Assembly (NCBI GenBank): GCA_965116885.1
Contig: OZ220741.1
Coordinates: forward strand, 3,744,001-3,808,000
DNA length: 64,000 bases
Source: Candidatus Latescibacterota bacterium
GTDB lineage: Bacteria > Latescibacterota > UBA2968
Direction of reading: 5' to 3'
The position numbers and the translations under genes were made by a program. Positions 1 through 9,917 of this stretch are shown here, one piece after another. The notes beneath the pieces are model-generated. The model did no database searches. It was not told the DNA's origin and saw only the letters and a program-made list of their open reading frames with translations. The first letter of the stretch is position 1. Every line of letters begins with the position of its first letter.

Positions 1-1626
1 CTGTGCGCGTTCTAACATTACAATCTGTGCGGATACTTGAAGTGCTTTGTGCATGGCGCGAACGCGCTCATAGCGCGGCTTCAAATCATCCAGCGCGAAT
101 AAATTGCGTCCGAGAATTTTCCGCGCGCGGTCGTATTCCCGCTCGGCATCTCGGTATAACCCGATAGACGCCAGTACATCCCCTTTTGGGATATGTGTCG
201 AAGGCGTATAGGATTGACCAACTGATAGGTGTTCGCCCGGTTGGGGTACTTCGATATAAGCATTTTCTGTTTTGCCCAGGACTGCATGTGCGCGCGTTGA
301 GTAATAAGAGGTGGGAAACCCCTCTGAGGCGCGTTCAATCCAGAATCGCGCTTCTGCTTTTTGTTCCAATTTTTGGTAACATTTGCCCGCCCAATAATAC
401 CCCTGATCGCGCAGATGGCTCGCAGAGGTCTGGCGCGATAGGCGCAAAAAGGCTTTGGAAGCAGCCGTGTATTGCCGTGTTTGATAAAGCGCGAATCCCG
501 CCCGCCACGCAGCCTGGTCGGCATAAGTGTTTTTGGGGTAGGCTTTTGCCAGTGCTATAAATAGTTTGCGCGCATCGCTATGACGTCCCCGTCGCTCATA
601 GGCCATGGCAGCCTGCCAGAAGGCTTCGGGTGCGGTTTTGGCGTTGGGATAGCGGCGCACAAATTCACGAAACCGCGTTGTTCCCGTTAAATCGTGCCCG
701 AGCTTAATAGCGCATCGGCCCAGGTAAAAAAGTGCTTCGGGCACATGATATACTTTGAAGGCGCGGTCAAACGCGCTTTCAGCTTTGAGATATTTTCGAC
801 TGCGATAATACACATGCCCCAGTTCGTATTGCGCTTTTCCACGCCATGTAACATCTTGAGATTCATCGATCACTTTGCGCAATAAATTGATAGCCTGTTG
901 ATATTTTCCGGCATGCATACAGGCCACACCTGCGTAAAACAGTTCTTCAACATCGCGCATATCACTCGGCGCGGGGAGCATTTTGAGAATGGCCGGATGT
1001 TTGGGATAGTTTTTGATCAATTGCAACTGCATCTCGCGCGCAGCAACAGAATCGCCCAGAGCAGTCCAGGCTCTAACCATCCCGGCCAGTGCATCGCCTT
1101 CGTGCGGACGCTTGCCAACAAGTGTTTGATAATATGCGATAGCATCTTCTGCGTTACCCCGTGCAAGCGAGGCTCGCGCGGCATTGAGTGTCGCCTGATC
1201 ACTGATCGGACTCACTGGTTTCATGTGCAGAATTTTTGCATAATAATTTTCAGCGTTTTTGGCTTGTCCCAAAGCCTCGGCGCATTGTCCCATCCAAAAG
1301 GCCACATAATCGGCAATTTCTTTGCGTGTGGTGCCTGAAGACTGCAAGATTGTTAGTGCGTCTGAGTATTTGCCCAGATTCATCAGACAAATCGCGCGTT
1401 GTAACGCGGCGGTGTGCGTATCCCAGGCATCGCGCTGGGTAGTGTCCATATTGTCGAGTGCGAATAATGCTTCGGAAAAATTTTGCTGTGCAATTAGTTC
1501 TGAAACTCGAAAAATGGGATCGCGTTGTTCCCCTATTCCCAAATATCCGACTATTACAAAAACGGCGATAAAGGGGAAGGCAAATAGCGCAGTACGGCTC
1601 ATTAATTTATTTTTTAAAAATGACAT
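1..1626 (-). CDS. TPR-repeat exported protein, probably the N-terminal part of a soluble lytic murein transglycosylase (runs off the window start)
   Basis: Not in the ORF track. Manual translation from ATG at 1626 is open to base 1 (MSFLKNKLMSRTALFAFPFIAVFVIVG...). It has an N-terminal hydrophobic segment, repeated TPR-like helices (AQYELGHVYY, ALFYLGRC, AFWQAAMAY) and YYWAGK...FPTSYY, typical of Slt N-domains. The catalytic domain would lie outside the window. Confidence 0.7.
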   Translation of the reverse strand, partial: MSFLKNKLMSRTALFAFPFIAVFVIVGYLGIGEQRDPIFRVSELIAQQNFSEALFALDNMDTTQRDAWDTHTAALQRAICLMNLGKYSDALTILQSSGTTRKEIADYVAFWMGQCAEALGQAKNAENYYAKILHMKPVSPISDQATLNAARASLARGNAEDAIAYYQTLVGKRPHEGDALAGMVRAWTALGDSVAAREMQLQLIKNYPKHPAILKMLPAPSDMRDVEELFYAGVACMHAGKYQQAINLLRKVIDESQDVTWRGKAQYELGHVYYRSRKYLKAESAFDRAFKVYHVPEALFYLGRCAIKLGHDLTGTTRFREFVRRYPNAKTAPEAFWQAAMAYERRGRHSDARKLFIALAKAYPKNTYADQAAWRAGFALYQTRQYTAASKAFLRLSRQTSASHLRDQGYYWAGKCYQKLEQKAEARFWIERASEGFPTSYYSTRAHAVLGKTENAYIEVPQPGEHLSVGQSYTPSTHIPKGDVLASIGLYRDAEREYDRARKILGRNLFALDDLKPRYERVRAMHKALQVSAQIVMLERAQ

Positions 1627-1769
1627 TGTGAAAGCCTTTGCGATGAGGTCTGAAAAAATTGTAGTCTATAATGCACGCAATGTCAAGATGCAAAAGCATC
1701 CGCAGAAAAAAACGCGAGTGAGCGGTGTACAACTGGCCGCCTGTCAGGCCAGTTCATTCGAGCGTTTTT

Positions 1770-1790
1770 CGCAGATGAACGCAGATAAAA
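1770..1790 (+). repeat. Dispersed CGCAGATGAA-type short tandem repeat copy
   Basis: cgcagatgaacgcagataaaa; the same unit recurs at 23941, 24006 (inverted), 34702, 41735 and 54255 (inverted). Confidence 0.6.
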
Positions 1791-1844
1791 ACACAGTGAT
1801 AGGCGGGGGGGCGGGGGATATTCACACTTCATTCTGGAGTTTTT

Positions 1845-3218
1845 ATGAAAGCACTTATTCTCGCGGCGGGAAAGGGTGAACGGTTTTTTCCATTTAATGT
1901 TTTTCGTCCCAAGCCGATGTTTCCAATATGCAATCGCCCGCTTTTGGCGTGGACGGTTTCGCGTCTGGTCGATGCGGGTATTACGGATATTGGCATTGTG
2001 GTGGGGCATCGAGGGGGACGAGCGCGCAATTATTTTGGCAATGGGCAGCGCTTTGGCTGTAAAATTACTTATATCGAGCAACCGCAGCCCAAAGGCACGG
2101 CGCATGCGGTGATGCTGGCGTCTGATTTTATTGGTGCTGATGATGTTCTGGTCATTTTCGGAGATGTTTTTTTTAGCGGTGATGCTGTCCCACACCTGTT
2201 AGATGTGTTTAGAGATAGAAACTGTTCTGGTGTCGCTGGTATTGTCCAGGTTGACGATCTCTCATCTCATATACGCGCACACGTCGAAAAGGATCAGAGC
2301 CTATCTTCTTACACCTATAAACCTCGCGGTGGATCGGGACAGGCACTGTCTGGTCTCTATGTTTTTAAGAATGAAATTTTGTCCGATCTGGATAATACCT
2401 CCGATTTTGTGCCGCGAACCCAATTTGGTATCTTTCCGCCTGAGGGTCAGGAAATTTGCGATGTTATCCCATTGCTCTACAGCGAAGGACGCGCGCTTGT
2501 TGCGGCCGATTTGCCCGGATCGTGGTTCGATATGGACCTGCCCTGGCATCCGAAAAATGTCGCGTTTATGGCACTTGACGAAATGGCTGATGGACTTACA
2601 GAGTCCGTTGTTGCGCCAACGGCTACGGTCGATCCCGACGCCCGCATTCGCGGTCCCATCTTTGTCGATGAGAATACCACGATTGCCCGAGATGCTTATA
2701 TTGAGGGGCCCGTCTGGATCGGGAAAGATACGCAGATATTAGAAGGCTCTCACATCGCATCTCGTACTGTGATTGGCGACCGCTGCAAAATTGGTCCTTT
2801 TGCCAAAGTATCGGGTACGGTAGATACCAACTGCCACATTACTTATTTGGGCGAGTTTGGCGGTATTATGCTGGAAGAGGGGCGCGTGACCCATCAGATT
2901 CAGCTTTCGGGTATTTTTGGCGAGCGCGCGGAAATAGGCGCGGGCACACAGGTGGGCACGCTGCGCTTTGACGATGCGGAGATCGAGGTCGAGGTTCAGG
3001 GTATTCGTCGAAAAGCACCCGGTTTTACCGGTGTGTTATTTGGAGATTACTCGCGTACGGGTATCGGTGCGATGATTATGCCCGGTCGCATTGTGGGACC
3101 ATGTGCAATGGTGGGCGCGGGCGTGGTGCTGATGAAAAACGCGCCGCCGTATAAGGCCGTGCTCGTCAAACAGGAACTCGATGTCGTTGACTGGTCGCCC
3201 AATATTTATGAGCGATGA
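1845..3218 (+). CDS. Sugar-1-phosphate nucleotidyltransferase with C-terminal hexapeptide (LbH) domain, GlmU/GCD1-like
   Basis: LAAGKGER...PKPMFP N-terminal motif, EQPQPKGTAHAV, hexapeptide repeats (IRGPIFVDENTTI, IEGPVWIGKDTQI); GGAG RBS upstream. Confidence 0.85.
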   Translation: MKALILAAGKGERFFPFNVFRPKPMFPICNRPLLAWTVSRLVDAGITDIGIVVGHRGGRARNYFGNGQRFGCKITYIEQPQPKGTAHAVMLASDFIGADDVLVIFGDVFFSGDAVPHLLDVFRDRNCSGVAGIVQVDDLSSHIRAHVEKDQSLSSYTYKPRGGSGQALSGLYVFKNEILSDLDNTSDFVPRTQFGIFPPEGQEICDVIPLLYSEGRALVAADLPGSWFDMDLPWHPKNVAFMALDEMADGLTESVVAPTATVDPDARIRGPIFVDENTTIARDAYIEGPVWIGKDTQILEGSHIASRTVIGDRCKIGPFAKVSGTVDTNCHITYLGEFGGIMLEEGRVTHQIQLSGIFGERAEIGAGTQVGTLRFDDAEIEVEVQGIRRKAPGFTGVLFGDYSRTGIGAMIMPGRIVGPCAMVGAGVVLMKNAPPYKAVLVKQELDVVDWSPNIYER

Positions 3219-3252
3219 GCGATTTTAGAGCGACGGATCGCCCGATGTTCAC

Positions 3253-3299
3253 CAAACAAATACCCCTATCTGATCATTTTGGACAGGGGTATTTGTTTG
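3253..3299. terminator. Bidirectional intrinsic terminator-like hairpin
   Basis: CAAACAAATACCCCT...AGGGGTATTTGTTTG 15-bp inverted repeat between convergent genes. Confidence 0.7.
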
Positions 3300-3365
3300 C
3301 CTGCCCGCCTATCTGCTGACAGGCACAGCAGGCGGACGTGATGGCGTGATCACAGGTCGCCTATT

Positions 3366-3563
3366 TCAATTTATCTTATTGCTCGCCTTTATTTTTTTGC
3401 CATTTTCCTCTTTCAATACAGCACGGATGGCTTCCATGTCAATATCTGGATACGCCTCTTGAATGGCTGCAAATATTTCTCTATGTCCTTCTTCTCGGCC
3501 TTCTTCTCTGGCTTGTTTCATGATGTATTGTGCAAAGGATGATTCGCGCATAATCGCATCCAT
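3366..3563 (-). CDS. Candidate in-frame internal small protein (RpnS-like, 65 aa)
   Basis: Perfect AGGAGG (3574-3569) 5 nt upstream of an in-frame ATG (3563) inside the rpn gene. Confidence 0.55.
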   Translation of the reverse strand: MDAIMRESSFAQYIMKQAREEGREEGHREIFAAIQEAYPDIDMEAIRAVLKEENGKKIKASNKIN

Positions 3564-4196
3564 AAGACCCTCCTGAGATAAAATACGACTAATCGTGGCT
3601 GGCGCATACGCTAACCCACTCAATATCGTCAACCCACCCAAAATGTCAACCTTTATTGAGTCTTCCAATGGCAAGGCTTTGGTCGCATCAATACACTCCT
3701 GTAACCACGCCTCTAAACCTGTCCCTTCAGGTTTCTTCATCAATGGTGCAAACGGAAACAAGCCCGCATGTCCTTCATTGAGAATGTGCTGTCCTTCGAT
3801 CTCGATCAGTCTGATCACGCTGTATTGGAAGATAAGATGGTGACCTGGCAGGTTTTGGATATAGTGTCCCGGATCGTTCTTTCCCGCATTGGGACGCAAG
3901 TAGATCACGCTGGAATAGATCGGCAAGTGATGCGTCTCAATGGCTCTGACTGTATAGCCAGCCATTCGGATGGGCATTGTCGGATCGGTAGTGGTTTGAA
4001 ATTCGTGATGTACCAATGCCTCTTCGCCTGCAATCTGAACTTTGATGAGGCTATCCATGTGGTGTGTTTGGGTTGTGGGTTGTTCTGTGTCGAGGATGTC
4101 GAGAAATTGGACGTCGTCTCGTTGGAGAGAGAGTTGGATGAAGTCTTGAGGGTAGGTTTGGATGAAGTGTTTTGAGATGGTGTCGTATTGGGGCAT
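3366..4196 (-). CDS. Rpn/YhgA-like PD-(D/E)XK nuclease (putative transposase family)
   Basis: YDTISKHFIQTYP, MDSL...HHEFQT (D...ExQ), MPIRMAGY, VIYL, LFPFAPL and C-terminal REEGREEG repeats. Confidence 0.8.
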   Translation of the reverse strand: MPQYDTISKHFIQTYPQDFIQLSLQRDDVQFLDILDTEQPTTQTHHMDSLIKVQIAGEEALVHHEFQTTTDPTMPIRMAGYTVRAIETHHLPIYSSVIYLRPNAGKNDPGHYIQNLPGHHLIFQYSVIRLIEIEGQHILNEGHAGLFPFAPLMKKPEGTGLEAWLQECIDATKALPLEDSIKVDILGGLTILSGLAYAPATISRILSQEGLMDAIMRESSFAQYIMKQAREEGREEGHREIFAAIQEAYPDIDMEAIRAVLKEENGKKIKASNKIN

Positions 4197-4225
4197 GTGC
4201 TTGCCTTTGGTCTGTGTGTTCCTGA

Positions 4226-4255
4226 GGCGGGTGAAAGATGTTTCGCCGCCCCTAC
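4226..4255 (-). repeat. GTAG-type REP-like palindrome
   Basis: Minus strand reads GTAGGGGCGGCGAAACATCTTTCACCCGCC; a related copy is at 34750. Confidence 0.45.
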
Positions 4256-4635
4256 ATGTAACCCTCAGACCTTATGCAAACCTTATGCCAATGACCTGGA
4301 ATTGGGCAATAAATGGCATGGACAGATGCACAACCCCCTTATTTTACTTTAGTTATTGATCACTCAAATTTAAGAATTATCTGTTGAATCGGATCAGCCT
4401 CAGTGCAAATGCGAGGCAAAAAAGTGTACATTTTGAGCGATGAGTGAGTAGAGAAGTGAAAGATATGTGTTCGAATGTAGAGCGAAAAATGTCCGCCTTT
4501 ATTGATTCATTATTGTGTTTACATAGCGCAATGGCCTATTATTTTTTTCTATGACAATCGGGGTTATTTTTATTTGTTTATCATATATTGCCCACTGTTT
4601 GGACCAGACATCTCATATCTGCATTATGAATCGCC

Positions 4636-7632
4636 ATGCCAGACGATCCCATCACATTAAACGCACGCCAGCGCGAAGCTGTCACCGCGCTGATAGGTCC
4701 CGTCCTTGTGCTGGCGGGACCGGGCACGGGAAAAACGCGGGTGTTGACCGAACGCATTGCGTATCTGGTCTCGCGGCGCGGCGTTCTTCCGGAAAATATC
4801 CTGGCGCTTACATTCACAAATAAGGCCGCGGCAGAACTGCAAATCCGCTTGTCGCGCACGTTGAGCAAAGAAACTGCGGAGGCTATTACCGCAGGTACAT
4901 TTCACAGGTTTTGTATCTCGATTTTGCGCGAGCATCGAGAAACGGTTGGGTTGCCGCCGCATTTTGGCATCGCCGATGAAGACCTTCAGCGCACGCTGAT
5001 CTATCGCGCATTTCCACGCCTGAATCCCAACGAAAGCAATTTGAATAATGTGATGCAAAATGTGAATCGCTTGAAGTGGCAACGGCGATACAAGCCACAT
5101 GTTCCGATGAAAAAAGGGGATGCTGCATTGCTCGATCAGTACGAAGCCGAGCTTAAGAAAAACCGATTGATCGATTTTGACGATCTCATATTTCTCGCGC
5201 ATGACTTGCTGCATTCGCATCGCCAGATTCTGGCGGATTACCGCGCGCAGTTTCAACATATCCTCGTCGATGAGTTTCAAGATACCGATCCGGTTCAATA
5301 CGCCCTCGTTTATTTGTTGGGCGCGGCTTATCGCAGTGTTTTTGTGGTAGCAGATGATGAGCAGTCCATTTACGGGTGGCGACATGCCAGGCCAGAACAT
5401 ATCGAACAATTTCGGGATGATTTTCTCAAAGATCGTTCGCCCATTTTCCTGGAGGAAAATTACCGATCATCTGCAGAAATTTTGCGGCTGGCGCGCGTGT
5501 TTATCGCCAAGAATGAGGTATTGTTTGAACGCAGTATCCATACCCAGAGATCGGGACGCCGCGTGCGGGGGATGGCTTTTGACACGTTTGAGGAAGAAGG
5601 GCAGTTTATTGCGGGCGATATATGGGATCGCATCCGGGAAACACCAGATCTGGTGCACCGGGATATTGCGGTGCTTTATCCGCAACACGCAATAGGCAGT
5701 GAGCTCGAGCGCATTTTTATGCGCGCCAATGTACCCTGCCTGATGGCTCATCGCAGGGGCTTGTTCGACCAGCCCGTGATCCGCCGTGCTCTGTCCGTGT
5801 TGCGCTATGCACTCGATGGCGCAAATGACGCGAGTCTCGAGTTGTTTTTGCGGCGCGAACTCGAAGCGGTGGATCCCAAGTTATACCCGGCGGTGCGGGG
5901 ATTTCAGAAACAAAAAAATATTGGGAGTTTCAAACAGGCCGCTTTTCTGTATCCTCGGACCGTTTCGGAAGAAGAGGGCGTGGATGTAGAATGCGCCCTG
6001 GGTCTGGCAGGTGTGGTACACAATGCCGTGCAAAGAGGCGCGGTCGCATCTTTGCCCCATCTGGTGGATGATATTCTGGATCAATTGAATACGTCGGAGT
6101 TGCCTTCCCTCAAAAATCATCTCGATGACATTGTAGATCCGCTCGAATTTTCGGATCTCAATATCGCACTGAATCGCGTGTTGCCTCTCTGGCGCAGTGG
6201 CGGTACCTTGTATGTGGCGTGTCGAGACGAAGTGCTGCGGCATATGCTCACAACTCTGATCCGGGATGCACTGGCGCGGCCGGGTCTTATCATACGAGAA
6301 GCAATGCCCGGCAGCCGATTGGATGTTTTATCCGATACCCTGATTTTGTCATTTGACGAAGATCCGCCCAAGACTCCCGAACACTTTTTACATTTGGGAG
6401 GCATGGCGTGTGGTGCGATGCTCGCTGCGCTCAAATTGTGTCAGGCGATCCGCTGTGTCGATTTGCCGGCGTATATGCCGGAATACACTGCATTTGCACT
6501 GGAAACCGCGGGTGACGATCCCGAGCATGCACAGATCACGGGTCTGGGGGCTGTGCGCGTGCGAGATGGGCGTGTTGTCGATACATTTTATTCGCCCGTG
6601 CGCCTGCGAGAGGACAAAGGCGAGACGCCTACATTTCAGGAAATTTATCTCGCGTTTCAGGCATTTGTCGGTATTGACATTCTGGTCGCCCACAATGGCT
6701 ATGCGTTCGATTTTCAGGTTTTGCACCGCGAAGCCCGTCGCAATGGCAGGTCTCGCATGCCCAATCCGACGGTTGATATATTGCCTATGGCGCGAAGTTA
6801 TGGCGCAATCGCTGCACGAGATCTGCGCCCTCTTTGCGAGCGGTATGATATTGCGTCAGATCCAAACGATCCGCCAGCACTTGCGCGGGCATCGGCCTTG
6901 TGTCGCGTGTTTGAAGCTATGAAGAAAGAACGCGCTTCTCGCTACCGGCGCATGACGCATGAACGCCTTTTGGATCAAGTGGCTCTGGGCTTGCTTTTTC
7001 GCGCGCGCAGTGGCGCAAGAAATACGGAGTTTTCCCGCGAAGAACACGTGCATTTCAACCTGGGAGCGCAGCGTCTTTTGGGACCGGCCAATTTGTGTAT
7101 TCGCAATCTCGTACAGCACTACCCTCGATTGGATGCCGATCGGCTGCGGGGACAGACGCGGATGTTGCTCGGCGAAGATCCTCGTCCCGATGTGCTCGCG
7201 TTGCACGCTCCCGATCAGATTCAACGCTTTCGAGACCTTTGCGAACGCCACGGTGCTGCTGCGCCATCTCTTCAGGAGGGCATTCGCAATTTGCTCGATT
7301 TTGCCGATCTCTACAAAGTCGAATTGGATACCCAGGACCGCGATGCCGTGCATTTGCTGACGTTGCACGCAGCAAAAGGGCTTGAGTTTCGAGAGGTCTA
7401 TATTTGCGGTCTCGAAGATCGCATTTTGCCCAATGCACGCGCCCTGAATAGCGCAGATTTAGCCGAACAGCGCAGGTTATTGTACGTGGGGATCACCCGC
7501 GCAATGGATCGCCTCACGCTTTCCTGCGTGCGGCATCGTCCGGGCCGAAATATGGCGCCTTCTCGATTCTGGGATGAACTCGGATTAGAACGCGAAGGGG
7601 CGGATAGACGAATTCCCGACTCTGAATCATGA
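4636..7632 (+). CDS. UvrD/PcrA-family SF1 helicase with an inserted degenerate DnaQ-like 3'-5' exonuclease domain
   Basis: AGPGTGKT, LTFTNKAA, LVDEFQD, DDEQSIYGWR, LEENYRS, TLHAAKGLEF, RLLYVGITRA; exonuclease-like segment AFALETAG...VAHNGYAFDF. Confidence 0.9.
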   Translation: MPDDPITLNARQREAVTALIGPVLVLAGPGTGKTRVLTERIAYLVSRRGVLPENILALTFTNKAAAELQIRLSRTLSKETAEAITAGTFHRFCISILREHRETVGLPPHFGIADEDLQRTLIYRAFPRLNPNESNLNNVMQNVNRLKWQRRYKPHVPMKKGDAALLDQYEAELKKNRLIDFDDLIFLAHDLLHSHRQILADYRAQFQHILVDEFQDTDPVQYALVYLLGAAYRSVFVVADDEQSIYGWRHARPEHIEQFRDDFLKDRSPIFLEENYRSSAEILRLARVFIAKNEVLFERSIHTQRSGRRVRGMAFDTFEEEGQFIAGDIWDRIRETPDLVHRDIAVLYPQHAIGSELERIFMRANVPCLMAHRRGLFDQPVIRRALSVLRYALDGANDASLELFLRRELEAVDPKLYPAVRGFQKQKNIGSFKQAAFLYPRTVSEEEGVDVECALGLAGVVHNAVQRGAVASLPHLVDDILDQLNTSELPSLKNHLDDIVDPLEFSDLNIALNRVLPLWRSGGTLYVACRDEVLRHMLTTLIRDALARPGLIIREAMPGSRLDVLSDTLILSFDEDPPKTPEHFLHLGGMACGAMLAALKLCQAIRCVDLPAYMPEYTAFALETAGDDPEHAQITGLGAVRVRDGRVVDTFYSPVRLREDKGETPTFQEIYLAFQAFVGIDILVAHNGYAFDFQVLHREARRNGRSRMPNPTVDILPMARSYGAIAARDLRPLCERYDIASDPNDPPALARASALCRVFEAMKKERASRYRRMTHERLLDQVALGLLFRARSGARNTEFSREEHVHFNLGAQRLLGPANLCIRNLVQHYPRLDADRLRGQTRMLLGEDPRPDVLALHAPDQIQRFRDLCERHGAAAPSLQEGIRNLLDFADLYKVELDTQDRDAVHLLTLHAAKGLEFREVYICGLEDRILPNARALNSADLAEQRRLLYVGITRAMDRLTLSCVRHRPGRNMAPSRFWDELGLEREGADRRIPDSES

Positions 7633-8411
7633 AAAAAGACAAAGTTTATTTTATTTCTGATGCGCATATAGGTGGGGGCAAATATATCCGTCCGCCGCGC
7701 GTTCGGGAGGATGCGCTGATCGATTTTCTACGCGCCATTCGCAAAGATGCCGAATGTCTGTATATTGTGGGCGATTTGTTCGATTTTTGGTTTGAATATC
7801 GTTCTGTCGTTCCCGCACATGGCGCGCGTGTGATCTTTGAACTCTACCACCTCGTTCAAAGTGGAACGCGCGTCATTTATCTGCCGGGCAATCACGATAG
7901 CTGGTTGGGAGACTATTTATCCGAGCAGGTGGGGGCGGAGCTTCCCGGACCTTTTTGTGACGTAGTACATCAGAATCGGCGTCTGTATGTGACACACGGC
8001 GATGTTTTTCAGCAAAATTGGAAATTTGAACTGCGGCGGCGCATTTTGAAGCATCCACTTTGTATCGCCCTGTTTCGATGGTTACATCCAGATATCGGTG
8101 CTTATCTGGCGCGTATTGTGTCGCGGTCTTCGGACACTGGCATCAAAGAAGGGACGCGAAAGACAAAGAGAACATATTTGCCTGTGTATTTTATTAAAAG
8201 CGCGGCGGAGAAATTGGCTGAGGGATTTGATTTTGTGATTTGTGGACACTATCACGCGCTGAGTGTTGAACCGATGGACGGCGGGACACTTGTTGTGTTG
8301 GGCGATTGGATGAGATACGATTCTTATGCTGTGATCGAAAATGGCGAGATTGCATTAAAGCACTGGCATACAGCACCGGAAAAACCTCTAAAAACATCGG
8401 CTAATCGCTGA
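7629..8411 (+). CDS. lpxH: UDP-2,3-diacylglucosamine diphosphatase (LpxH/LpxH2-like)
   Basis: SDAHIG, GDLFDFWFEY, GNHD, HGD, GHYH, LGDW; ATGA overlap with the helicase stop. Confidence 0.8.
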   Translation: MKKDKVYFISDAHIGGGKYIRPPRVREDALIDFLRAIRKDAECLYIVGDLFDFWFEYRSVVPAHGARVIFELYHLVQSGTRVIYLPGNHDSWLGDYLSEQVGAELPGPFCDVVHQNRRLYVTHGDVFQQNWKFELRRRILKHPLCIALFRWLHPDIGAYLARIVSRSSDTGIKEGTRKTKRTYLPVYFIKSAAEKLAEGFDFVICGHYHALSVEPMDGGTLVVLGDWMRYDSYAVIENGEIALKHWHTAPEKPLKTSANR

Positions 8412-8426
8412 TACAGGAGATTGCAA

Positions 8427-9905
8427 ATGATTTTGAGTATTGATCAGGGGACAACGGGGACTACTGCGTTGGTATTGGATTCCCAAGGGGAAATTTTGGG
8501 ACGAGGATACTCGGAGTTTCGACAAAATTTTCCGCGTCCCGGCTGGGTGTCGCACGACGCGGCGGAGATATGGGATACGACACTGAAAGTTATCGACGCA
8601 GCAATTACAGAGGCGGGGATAGATCTCTCAGAAATAAAAGGTATTGGCATTGCCAATCAGCGCGAGACGACCGTTTTATGGGATAGGAGAACGGGTGAAC
8701 CCTTACACGACGCGATTGTCTGGCAGTGCCGACGCACGGCGGATTTGTGCGCCCAATATCGCGCAGATGGCCTCGAAGATATGGTGCGTGAAAAGACGGG
8801 GTTGGTCATTGACGCTTATTTTTCGGCGAGTAAGATCGCGTGGTTACTCGACCGAGTCTATGGTCTGCGTGCGCGTGCGGAGCAGGGAGAGGTGTGTTTT
8901 GGCACTGTAGATAGTTTTTTGTTGTACAAACTCACGGGGGGGGCTGTTCACGCGACTGATTATACCAATGCATCGCGTACGATGATTTACAATATTCACA
9001 GAAGAAAGTGGGATGACGAGTTGTTGGAGATTTTTGATATCCCCGCGGGCATACTCCCCGAAGTGCGATCATCGGCTGGCGACTTTGGAACCACTGTAGA
9101 TTTGGGCATCTTGCCTGCGGGTATTCCAATAGGGGGGATTGCGGGCGATCAGCAAGCCGCGCTTTTTGGGCAACGCGGCGTTCGGGCAGGCGAGATTAAA
9201 AATACGTATGGCACGGGGTGTTTTACACTTTTTCAAACGGGTGATCGGGCGGTGCCGTCCGCGCACGGTTTGTTGACGACGCTTGCGTGTGGGCCTTCTG
9301 GACGCGTATCCCACGCGCTTGAAGGTGCAGTGTTCAGCGCGGGGGCGACGGTTCAATGGCTGCGCGATGGTTTGGGGATTATTGATACCGCCGCTGAGAC
9401 CGAGGCCTGGTCTCAGGCGATTGACGATACGGGGGGGGTGTATTTCGTTCCCGCATTTACCGGCCTGGGGGCGCCGCACTGGGATGCGGATGCGCGGGGG
9501 GTGATTGTGGGGCTTACGCGCGGCACTGGGCGCGCACATCTCGCGCGCGCGGCACTGGAGTCCATTGCCTATCAGTCCGCCGATCTCGTCCATGCGATGG
9601 TTGCCGATGCAGGGCAGTCTGTGACGAGTTTGTGCGTGGATGGGGGGGCTGTGGTGAATGATTTTTTGATGCAGTTTCAAGCGGATATTCTGGATGTACC
9701 GGTGATTCGTCCAAAGTATGTGGAGACGACCGCATTGGGGGCGGGGATGTTGGCGGGATTGGCAACGGGCGTATGGGATAATGCTGACGCGCTTGCCGAT
9801 ATTAACCCACCGCAACGCATCTTTGAGCCTGCGATGTCGCAAGATCGCCGCGAAGCATTGCTGGCAGGCTGGCACAAAGCAGTAGAGCGAACGCTGTTGG
9901 CGTAA
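8427..9905 (+). CDS. glpK: Glycerol kinase
   Basis: IDQGTTG, NQRETT, WQCRRT, TNASRT, GDQQAALFG, KNTYGTG, FVPAFTGLGAPHW; AGGAG RBS fits ATG at 8427. Confidence 0.95.
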   Translation: MILSIDQGTTGTTALVLDSQGEILGRGYSEFRQNFPRPGWVSHDAAEIWDTTLKVIDAAITEAGIDLSEIKGIGIANQRETTVLWDRRTGEPLHDAIVWQCRRTADLCAQYRADGLEDMVREKTGLVIDAYFSASKIAWLLDRVYGLRARAEQGEVCFGTVDSFLLYKLTGGAVHATDYTNASRTMIYNIHRRKWDDELLEIFDIPAGILPEVRSSAGDFGTTVDLGILPAGIPIGGIAGDQQAALFGQRGVRAGEIKNTYGTGCFTLFQTGDRAVPSAHGLLTTLACGPSGRVSHALEGAVFSAGATVQWLRDGLGIIDTAAETEAWSQAIDDTGGVYFVPAFTGLGAPHWDADARGVIVGLTRGTGRAHLARAALESIAYQSADLVHAMVADAGQSVTSLCVDGGAVVNDFLMQFQADILDVPVIRPKYVETTALGAGMLAGLATGVWDNADALADINPPQRIFEPAMSQDRREALLAGWHKAVERTLLA

Positions 9906-9917
9906 CTTATAGACTTC

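Noticed and set aside
81..1879. Several short ORFs listed in the track
   Set aside because: Explained by the long minus-strand TPR gene (1626 to <1), which the track missed because its stop is outside the window.
1845..3218. Assigning glmU
   Set aside because: The architecture fits, but bacterial GlmU-specific motifs are not clear and the substrate cannot be determined from sequence.
4260..4630. AT-rich intergenic region as a possible ncRNA
   Set aside because: No recognisable structure or family motif; most simply divergent promoters.
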